A stretch of DNA of 63,986 nucleotides, counting the filler, from Folioceros fuciformis (lineage: Eukaryota), in NCBI GenBank assembly GCA_049999805.1. It is 4 parts of 4 records of this genome, joined end to end, with 100 filler letters (N's around TTAATTAATTAA, not from the genome) between each part and the next. Parts side by side here need not be neighbours in the genome. Positions count along the whole stretch, not along the records: positions 30,386 to 59,232 come from JBNGIO010004659.1; 3 more parts are not named here. One strand, 5' to 3'. Under the pieces are notes generated by a model. The model made no database searches. It was given only the letters and a program-made list of their open reading frames with translations, and was not told the origin of the DNA. A program made the translations under genes and the position numbers. Below, one piece after another: positions 46,201 to 55,789 of this stretch. Positions within the stretch are counted from its first letter, which is position 1; each line of letters begins with the position of its first letter.

Positions 46201-47134
46201 TGCAAGGTGAATGCAGATTTCCACACCTCCCGATCTCCAATTTCAAGAAGCAGCAGCCGAGTGGATTTATTGGAAGCATAACTTGCTGACAATGTGTGTG
46301 CAGAGGGCTCGAGTACTTGCACATCTTCGCGGATCCCTGCGTGATCCACCGGGACTTGAAATCCAGAAACATTCTGCTGGACAAATGCTGGGCTCCCCGC
46401 ATATCTGGATTCCACCTTGCCGTTTTCTGCGCCACCGGAGATCAGGTGGAGCTCTTTGCTGATCCAAGGTGGGTACCGACGTCGAACCACTTCCCTGGCT
46501 CTCCCTTGAGCCGAGGCCAGAGTACTGGCACCATTCAGGTGTCCAAGGCCGGCGACATCTTCGGGTTTGGGGTCATAGTGTTAGAGATTCTCACAGGCCG
46601 ACAACTTCTGGAGACGGGGACCTTCAATTCGGGCCACACGAGATCACATCTGGTGNNNNNNNNNNNNNNNNNNNNNNNNNNNNNNNNNNNNNNNNNNNNN
46701 NNNNNNNNNNNNNNNNNNNNNNNNNNNNNNNNNNNNNNNNNNNNNNNNNNNNNNNGCTGTGACTGTCTTCAATTGTATTCCTATGACCGGCCAGCGCAGG
46801 CTCATGTTGAAGAATCTGTGCATTTGACATGTTGTTGCTGCAGGTCGCACGAGCAGTGCCTCTGATCGAACACGGGCAAGGGCTGAGTATTTTGGATCCC
46901 CGGCTGCCAGTGCCCGAGAAACCAGAAGTTCTGCTGAAGCTTGCGGAGATGGCGGTGTGGTGCGTCAACCCCGCGACTACAGCCAGGCCGACAGTTGTTG
47001 AGGTTGTCAAGGCGCTGGAGCAACTGATGAAAATGTTTCATGCGGGCAAATCCATCACGCGAAACCCCAAGCTGGATCCCAACAGAGTCCACATGTCCAT
47101 CGCCTCACCTTACGACGGGCCACCCCGTCTCTGA
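43222..47134 (+). CDS. Receptor-like pseudokinase: signal peptide, EXORDIUM/PHI-1, CUB, CUB, TM, kinase; exons 43222-44374, 44537-45034, 45139-45401, 45509-46206, 46304-gap, 46844-47134
   Basis: EXO motifs VYLIWYGTW, WW...QY, PPNAD.G.D, FNLVG..G.RFLVQQLW. CUB motifs PYSPNLRCSWIV and G.ISDGS...Y...LFCSWLL...L.F. Kinase HRDLKSRN with DFG replaced by GFH. The junctions upstream of the N gap are GT-AG and in frame. Confidence 0.85.
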
Positions 47135-47806
47135 CCTTTCTTGTCCCCATTCCTCTCACACAGATTCTGCGAGATACATGCGTAAGTACATACACTAGCA
47201 TTTCTTGCAATGGTGCCAAATGTACCGATGCCATTCACGGACAGGGCCATCCTCCTAAGCAATTGGTTGATAAACGTGCCGAACCGATACCCAAAATTTA
47301 CAACGTGTCATGATAAGCCCTGCACTCTCGCCGCCACAAGCTCTGTGCGAAAAATGTTGGGAGCTCAGGCGAGAGATGCCAAATCAGATGCTTCATCATG
47401 TGGACAGGCTTATGCGACTGCTAGACGCGCAGACAAAAGATAAGCAGCCCGTGCAACCATTTAGTACCAAGATCAAACTATTCCTTAATTCAGGCTCATG
47501 CTCGACTGATACCTGTGGACTGATATCTGCAGAGTAGGTGCTTGCTGAAGCATTCGCTGGGTAATACACTTTCATCGGCAACATGGTCACACAACCTAGT
47601 TCATGATGATGGAGGCCCCAGGTGTCGCGGAGTATACCACGTCATCGTCTCCACATCCACACCTATGAGACTGTCTCAGAGCCAACGTACTTAGGCTTTT
47701 ATGCGCACAGCGTAGGTCTCATGGATGCAGGAAGTTCCCCGTCTTCATCTCCGCCGGCATTCTGATCAGGGGAGACCAGCCTTGTAAGAGGTTATTGTTT
47801 ACAAAG

Positions 47807-50800
47807 ATGCGGAAACAAGCACGGCACAAACAATGGGCTCAGCTCAGGATATTGGGCCGGCCTCTCTTGACGGGAATCGCTCTAGGACCCACCCCGCTGT
47901 TGTGGGTTGCCTGCCGAGCCTCGCCCCGTCTGGTTCACGTGTTTCAGGACGGCGTCCTCCAGGTTAGCTTGCTGAGGGATCCTTCGTGAACATTAAGCAG
48001 GGTGCTAATTCCACTGTGTCCTCTTGTTGGCTGCGCAGGCAATTTTTAGATTTCAATTCGATCCTTCCTTTCTACTGCTCGGAGACCTCAATGAGGAAAA
48101 CGGGGTTGACACTGCAGAAGAGGGGAAACAGAGTAGTACACGGAGTGCCTCCTTGCTGGTCATCACTGCAGACGGATCTGTTTTCCTCATCAAGATGGCG
48201 AGCAAGGGCCCTCCCAGCTGTAGGTCTGGTGTTAACTTTTTCATCGTTTTCAGAAAGCCGCTGTTGATCCACATATTCCATGTTCCATATGCATCCACCT
48301 TGATGAAACTGGCTTTCCTTGCAGATGTAGGACTTCAGCAACGGGTCTAAATTTAGTACGAAACCCAAGCAAGCATGCCAAGCTTGGTGACCATTCCAAG
48401 CTCCCCTTCGAGGAATGGCAGCTCTTTGAGGATAACGATGTCTACGATGAATGTATCTGCCCCGTGGTGGAAAATGTGCATAAGCAAAATCTCGCCAAGG
48501 GCATGGAAGCTGGAGAGTCATGGAACGCAAACCAGAAGGCCATCTCACGTCTGCTATGGACCAACTTGAATGTCTCTGAATATTCAAGGAACATGCAGTT
48601 TCTGACACCAACTTCAGTCTCTGCAGAGGCATTTCTGGGGTCTCTGCAGGCTGCAACCGTTGGCCTGTTCAGTACAAGTACATCAGTAAGTTCTTGGCTC
48701 ATTGGCAGGTTCGCTTCCATTTTAGCTGTTCGGCACTGAATATTGACCGGAGTATCTCCTTATACTTGAGGTTATATGTCGTTCAAGGTGATTATCATGG
48801 AACAAGCAGGATCCCCAGTTCTTCTTCAAGCAGGTTCCACAGATGCGCAGTACCCTGACCAGCTGTCAACTGGTCTCAGGCAAACAGTCGACATGAACAG
48901 TGAACCGACTTGTTTACTTTTTGCGTCATGCGCAAGAACAAGCCATTCCGACGGATGTAAAAACGTGGCCACGTTGCTCTCTGAGGCACTCTTTACTTGT
49001 CTCGTCGGGAAAGGAGTGGGAATGATGCCGCGCCATCTACTTATTCAAGGTAGCCCATTTTTTCTTTTTCACTGTTGGTTAAGGAGTCAACTTTGGCTTA
49101 CTTTGTCTCCTAATATTTTTCTCCTTTGGGAGTTTAGGTGACGACCATGGCAAGGTATCCATTTATGCCGTGCCTAACTTAAGGCTGACAGGAATGACGA
49201 AAAGAGTCCTGCTTGACATCCATGAACCGATTGTAGCCCTTCTCCCTCTCTCCTCTGATTCTCAAGATGGCCAATGTGCAGAGCTTATTGGACCAGACAT
49301 TATGCTAATTGTTGGACAGTCGGGTACAGTTCTTGCACTTACTTCTATAGGTCAAGATTCAAGTGACAGCCCATTTATACCTTGCAAAGATGCAGGGAGC
49401 GAGCTGGCGATTCAGGTGACCGCTGATGTGGGGGTTCTCAAGTGGTCCGTCAAGTCACCAGTTTCATCAGCTTGCATGCTTGGATCACGGCACTTATGTT
49501 ACAGAGTTGGAGCTGAAGTTTTTGTGGCTGAACTATTTGAGCGTGGTCCATCATCCACTACTTTATCTCAAACTTGCACATTCGGGAAGCAGTTGAGGCA
49601 CAGGCTCCTACACAAAGCAGTACCTATAGCAGATCGTATTTGTGCTGTGGCAGGCAATCCTGGTGCTGGAAGGGCATTAAATGGCAGGCCACTCGTTGTA
49701 CTAACAACACGCGGACGACTCATTGGACTGGAGGTCCTCGATGAGCCTGCTTCAAATGCGGTTGGTGATAAAGGACTTAATGTTGAGCGTTCAAATAGCT
49801 GGGCTATGTCGCAGGCACGGACACAAGAGAAAGTAAAGGTAAGCCAGAGTTCTTGGTTATGGATTGCGGGTCTATTCCTTACGTGTTTGTTCAGATGGAA
49901 AACTCTTGTGACAAAGCGGTTCTTGTGCTACAGAACCTCCTGCAAGCGGTGGCAGACACTGCCAGACACACAGATGCTATCAGGAATCGTAGTCGTGCTA
50001 TAAACTTGGCCATCAATGAGCTCGCTGCATCTTTGTTTCTTACGTATGACTTGTCCATCAGAAACGTTAGATCCGTGTATCTGTCACCAAACACCCTACA
50101 AGGAGGTGAGCCATCAAACAAGACTGCGAACACGGGCGGGAAAGGCTTTAGTTGTACCTTGCAGGTAAATCAATTCCCCTCAGTGATCGTCCCTCCAGAG
50201 CAGTTGGTGTTTGCCGCAACTCCCACCTCAAAAGGGACAGCTATCTGTCTGTCAAATTCTCCTTCCATTCAAGTTTGTGTTGATCTTCAGAATCTCAGTG
50301 ACTACGCCCTGTCCTCTTATTGGACACTCATTCTTAAATTTGAATGCGTGGGATCAAGCCGCAAATCCGTGGTTAGGTGGGTGTCTATAGTCATCAATCA
50401 CGGTGAAGGGTTGCAGGCTGGTTCCCATTTCAGTCATGACCTTCAGGTTGAACTCCCTGGAAGTTATCTCTCACCAGTAACTGTCTCCGTCTTCTTATGT
50501 CACCTCCAAGATTACCATGAACTCCTTGTGTCCAATCCAACTCAAAATGGCAACGCTGGCTGCTGCACCAGTGTTGGAACCACGTTCTCCAGCGGTGCAA
50601 CAGTACCAGCACGGTTGGATAGTAGGAACATCGCAGAAGGGAGAGGGCTTCTTCCTAAAAGTGGTGAAGATGGGACAAGTCAGTTTCCTGGAGCCGTAAG
50701 TTTCTTATTGTGTCAATATCGTGTTGACATTCTGTCCTTCTTGAGAGCTCCGTCAGTTGGGACTTCTCTGTCTTCAACCTCCACAACAATGTGGAATTTC

Positions 50801-51696
50801 CCATCTGAGGCAACTACAGATGACCTAAGACAGGATACAGATGGCGGCACTAATTCCACTTCATCGGGGAGTTTCTGTCTGGATGGCTTTCACCTAGGAA
50901 ATATGTCAGATGTCGAGGTGCAAAACTGTTGGCAGCAGTTGAATCTCGGGGATCTGGAACAAAAGGGACTTGTCTCCAAGGTTAGTGTCGTTGTGTATCA
51001 GTATTATGTACCCCAGACCTGGCATCTTAGTTCCAACCCCATTGCATTTTTTAGTGCTCCTACTTTGGTCATCTGACGTCCCTATTTATCACACTAGGCT
51101 GGTTATCAGATTACTCTCATGGCTCCTCATAAGGAGATGCTCTCACTTTTAATGCGAAAGCCGCAAGTAGCAGACGACAGCCAGAAGCCCCCGTCTCTTT
51201 TCTATCAAGCCACGTCTTCATGGCTTTGCTACCTTCTGCGGGAAGCTCTGCTTTGGCGCTTGACGCAATGCAAGAGGGAACATAAGCCAGAAAATAGTCC
51301 TCCTATTGATCAGAAGAGGCTGAAAATGAAAGGAGGTAAGCTAGTCGGAGTGCTTCCAGGAACTGCAGCAGAGCAACGAGGACTTGATCCGAAGCTGGAG
51401 CAGAGAAAAAATCTGGTTGACATCCTTGGTGATCGGGCTCAAGCGGTTGCAACACAATGGAAGAAGATTTTTGTCGACAATACACCAGAGAGTGCAGGTG
51501 CCCTCCACTTTGAAAATCACGTCGCAATACTCTGCTCATCTTACAGCCTCTGCCCAATGTTTCTCACCACTGTTTGTCTGCAGATCTGGTGACACCTGTG
51601 TTGATACAAACTCAGGAAATTGTTAAAGACCTGGTGAGAACTCACAAGGAGCATCGTGAAGATCCTGCCTCGAATCCCTTTGGTTACGATCACTGA
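47807..51696 (+). CDS. Fanconi anaemia core complex-associated protein 100 (FAAP100)-like, multi-exon; 5' end uncertain
   Basis: Colinear motif matches to my recollection of vertebrate FAAP100: LSEALF, DIHEPIV, LVVLTTRGRL, QEKVKNLLQAV, LQNLSDYALSSYWTL, SPVTVSVFL, YRVDILSFLR. Confidence 0.7.
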
Positions 51697-51865
51697 ACTC
51701 TTGATAGCCATACGTCCTGCAAACCCTTTCTCCTTTACTGATCTTCAGGGGGATCCCACCTCTAGCTGGTGAATCTGCAGGAAGAAACCATCACTTGTGA
51801 CCACATACTGGTAGGTACGTGTGGTTCTACTTTCATATTTCAAAACAGGCTACTTATGGCCCTGC

Positions 51866-54847
51866 TTAAGTCCCGGTGTGCTTCTTACTGACAACCAGAA
51901 AACTATGCACACGTCCGTCAAAGTCTGTCCACCAGCTCTGACCTGGCTGCTTCCTAGCCCCCAGTGTTTTTCTAATGTTCTGCATCTCCTTTGCCTGTTC
52001 CCACATTTGGGCACCAGCATAGATGTTAGACATCAAGACATATGCTGCAGCATCCTTGTTGTCCAGCTTCACAGCTTCATCGAATGCTTGACGTCCCACA
52101 TCCACGTTGTTCCACTTACTGCAAGCACCCAGCAAAGTACTCCAAACTGCGCCATCGCGCATCACAGGCATTGCCTTTATCAAATCTAATGCCTCGTGCA
52201 GCTCTCCTGCCCTACCTAGGATATCCACCATGCATGTGAGGTGGTCTGCAGTGGGAGTGATGCCATGATGCTTACTCATACCCTCAAAGTACTCTCGCCC
52301 CTTGTTCAAGAGACCCGCATGACTGCATGCTGTTAGTATACTAACGAATGTAATGCCAACTGGCTGTGTACCATCCTCTCGCATTCTTTCGACGAGGTCA
52401 AACACAGCATCACTGTCCCCTTGACAAGTATAGCCTGCAATCAGCGCGTTCCAGGCGACAACATCTCTATCCGGCAACGCGTCGAACACTTGCTGTGCAT
52501 CGACCATGCTCCCGGACTTTCCGTACATGGTTATCAGACTGTGGGCAAGAACCACATCCGTTTGAAATCCATGTTCAACAATCTGTGCGTGTAATTGCCT
52601 TCCTAGATTCAAGGCTGCCACATTCGCACATGCCTGAATGAGGGATACGAATGTCACAGAATTCGGTACTGTGCTGCCGTCTTTCTGCATCGCTTTGTAA
52701 AGGCCAAGGGCTTCCTGCCCCATGCCCTGCTGGGAATATCCCGTTATCATGGAGTTCCAAGTCACAATGTCCTTTTCACCCATCCCGTCGAACACACTCT
52801 GAGCATCTTCCAAGCTGCCACACTTTGCATACATGTTCACCAAACTGCTGCCTATAAACACATCAGATTCGTGTCCTCCCTCCCTAATCTGCTTATGAAT
52901 CTGCCTCCCTTCCTCCAAAGCATCGGTGCCTATACTTGCACATGCCTGCAGAAGGCAGACAAATGTCCCAGAATTGGGTTCACCTGTACCATCTTCTAGC
53001 ATAGCACTATATAAACACAAAGCTTCCTGCCCCCTGCCCTGCTGGGAATATCCTGCTATCAAGGTGTTCCATGTGACCACATCCTTTTGATCAAGCCCGT
53101 CAAACACCATCTGAGCATCTTCCAAGCAGCCGCACTTGGCATACATGTTCACCAAACTACTCCCAACAAACACATCAGCCTGATGTCCTTGTCCTCTTAC
53201 CAGCGTATGCAGCTGCTTCCCTAGCTCCAAGGCTGGGGTGCCCACATGGGAACATGCCTGCAGGAGGCACGCAAATGTCACGGAGTTGGGTATAGCGATG
53301 CCCTCCTGCTGCATAGCACTGTACAGTCGGAGGGCTTCCTGCCCCATGCCCTGTTGAGAGTACCCCGATATTAGAGCAGTCCATGTCACCACCTCTTTTT
53401 GACAAAGTCCATCGAATACTCTCTGAGCATCTTCCATGCTGCCACACTTTGCATACATATTCACCAAACTGCTAGCAACAAACGCATCAGCTTCATGCCC
53501 ACGTTCTCTTATTTGAGAATGGAGTTGCTTCCCTGTTTCCATAGATGGGATGCCAACACTCGCACATGCCTGCAGGAGGCAGGCAAATGTCACAGAATTG
53601 GGTACAGCAATGCCCTCTTCTTGCATAACCTTGTAAAGACTAAGCGCTTCCTTGCCCATGCCCTGCCGGGAATACCCTGCAATTAGAGCAGTCCATGTCA
53701 CCACCCCTTTTCGATCCAGTCCATCAAACACTTTTTGAGCATCGGCCAAGCTGCCACACTTTGCATACATATTCACCAAACTGCCACCTACAAACACATC
53801 GGCTTGACATCCTTGTTTTCTGATTTGCGCATGAAGCTGCCTTCCCTTCTCTAACGCGGGGGTACCAACTCTTGAACATGCCTGTAGGAGGCACACAAAC
53901 GTCACAGTATCAGGCACAGCGCTACCTTCTTCTTGCATAGCACTGTAAAGAGAAAGAGCTTCCTGCCCCATACCCTGCTGGGAATACCCAGCTATCATGG
54001 CATTCCACGTCACAGCATCTTTTCGCTCAAGTCCGTCAAACACCCTCTGGGCATCTTCCAAGCTTCCACATTTGGCGTACATGTTCACCAAACTATTACA
54101 AACAAACAAATCAGGCTCAACGCCGCTGGCCAATATGTCAGCATGCACTTGCTGCCCTGTTTTCAAGTCTAAGCCCCTAGCACAAGCCTGAAGCGCTGCC
54201 ACAAATACATGGCCGTCCGGTTTCACCTTCGACATGCACATCCGATGATACAGGCGTATGGCATCTCGGTCTTGTCCATGTTTGATATGCGCAGTTATGA
54301 TGGCAGACCAAGTAAACGCATCTGGTTTGCAAATCACGTCAAACACATCCATCGCGTCTTGCAACCTGCCTTGAGATGCATACATCCGCAAGATGTGGAA
54401 GCCCAGGAACGTATCTGACTCGTACCTCTTCTTCACCGTCACAGCATGAACCCGACGACCCAGAACCAGATCCTTCTTCACCACACATTTATTCAGGACA
54501 CTGTAAAGGAGAGATTTGGAAATGGACCCCTCTGTCTGCAGCAGAACTCCCAATGCCTCAACAGCCTCACTCACATAACCCTGTTCACATAGCTTGCTCA
54601 CGGTTTCAGCAGTTAAGGCTTTATCGTGACCTACAGGCTTGGCTTCGCTGGAGGATGTCTTCCGGGCACTAGTGGTGCACTTGGCAACTTCAATGTTTGC
54701 TAACGCTTGCGTCCTTGAAGTCGGGCGAGCGGATCCGCTCCCCAGAACACTAGTTAAGCCAGCAATCTGTTGGGTCCACGAAGCCTGTCTCCCCAACGGA
54801 TCCTTTTGCCCTTTGAATGACTCAATCGCCCCACTACAGACAGCCAT
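51866..54847 (-). CDS. PLS-class PPR protein with E domains and truncated DYW:WW-type N-terminus
   Basis: About five highly similar ~104-aa PLS triplets; ends KQPGQSWWTDFDGRVHSFLVV...*. ATG at 54847. Confidence 0.92.
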   Translation of the reverse strand: MAVCSGAIESFKGQKDPLGRQASWTQQIAGLTSVLGSGSARPTSRTQALANIEVAKCTTSARKTSSSEAKPVGHDKALTAETVSKLCEQGYVSEAVEALGVLLQTEGSISKSLLYSVLNKCVVKKDLVLGRRVHAVTVKKRYESDTFLGFHILRMYASQGRLQDAMDVFDVICKPDAFTWSAIITAHIKHGQDRDAIRLYHRMCMSKVKPDGHVFVAALQACARGLDLKTGQQVHADILASGVEPDLFVCNSLVNMYAKCGSLEDAQRVFDGLERKDAVTWNAMIAGYSQQGMGQEALSLYSAMQEEGSAVPDTVTFVCLLQACSRVGTPALEKGRQLHAQIRKQGCQADVFVGGSLVNMYAKCGSLADAQKVFDGLDRKGVVTWTALIAGYSRQGMGKEALSLYKVMQEEGIAVPNSVTFACLLQACASVGIPSMETGKQLHSQIRERGHEADAFVASSLVNMYAKCGSMEDAQRVFDGLCQKEVVTWTALISGYSQQGMGQEALRLYSAMQQEGIAIPNSVTFACLLQACSHVGTPALELGKQLHTLVRGQGHQADVFVGSSLVNMYAKCGCLEDAQMVFDGLDQKDVVTWNTLIAGYSQQGRGQEALCLYSAMLEDGTGEPNSGTFVCLLQACASIGTDALEEGRQIHKQIREGGHESDVFIGSSLVNMYAKCGSLEDAQSVFDGMGEKDIVTWNSMITGYSQQGMGQEALGLYKAMQKDGSTVPNSVTFVSLIQACANVAALNLGRQLHAQIVEHGFQTDVVLAHSLITMYGKSGSMVDAQQVFDALPDRDVVAWNALIAGYTCQGDSDAVFDLVERMREDGTQPVGITFVSILTACSHAGLLNKGREYFEGMSKHHGITPTADHLTCMVDILGRAGELHEALDLIKAMPVMRDGAVWSTLLGACSKWNNVDVGRQAFDEAVKLDNKDAAAYVLMSNIYAGAQMWEQAKEMQNIRKTLGARKQPGQSWWTDFDGRVHSFLVVSKKHTGT

Positions 54848-55789
54848 TGCTTGTATGAGCACGAGCTGAGCCTACGAAGCAACAGTCAAGCCACCCACTC
54901 GTTTCCTCCAAATCTGCCCTCAGAAGAAAGCGACGAGGGATCCATCAGTGAACAACAGAAGGAAAATAAGGAAGCCTCACTCACATTGCATACATAGCTT
55001 GTTTGTAGACTGGTATGGCGCAACTTCTCCCAAGCTACTGGTAAGACACTCAAAGGCCCCTAATGGGCTACATTATTCAGTCTATCATACCTGAAATCAC
55101 CTTCGTTTGGGTATAAGCTCAGGTGAGCTCTTATCATATTCCAAATCACAGCTGGCTTACCGACATGATTACACATTTATCGATGCCCGAGAAACATGTA
55201 CAAAGGTCAGAGCCTGCGAAGCGGATGTGTGCAGCCTGAACATGAGCAAACTGTCTTAGATATCGTCTGGGAAACGCAAAAGGAGGGAACGTGCCGAGAC
55301 ATGTTCTCATTTGTGAGCAGCTCGGAGGCCTATATCAACCTCGAGCAGCCCTGCTGCATAGTGCCTGTGGATCCCTGGAGAAAGCACGTGCGGCTTTCTA
55401 CGGACTGCCAGTTAAGTGCAGAGTCTGAGTCTTGTCATGTCTCATGTCATGTACTTGAATCTTGAGAGGCTGTGAATGAAGATGCTGGCGATGCCCTTCA
55501 ACGTTCCTAATGCCCAAGGAGGTTCTATCCTAGCGAACCGATTTGTAATCTGTATCCTTCAACTCTCGTCTAGCATCATATAGCTGCCCGAGCTTTAGGA
55601 AAGCAGATTCATGTTTAGCTTATCGTAGGCAGACATCGGTGTGATGGGACGGTGCTAGCTATGCAGTTATCATGTCTTTCAAGAGTGGGGGACTTTTGAG
55701 GTTGCAACCACGATATTGACAACAGGCAAATAAATGGTAGCAGATTCAGTATCCTGGACAAATGGACACTGTGGTTACAGGCCGGTGTC

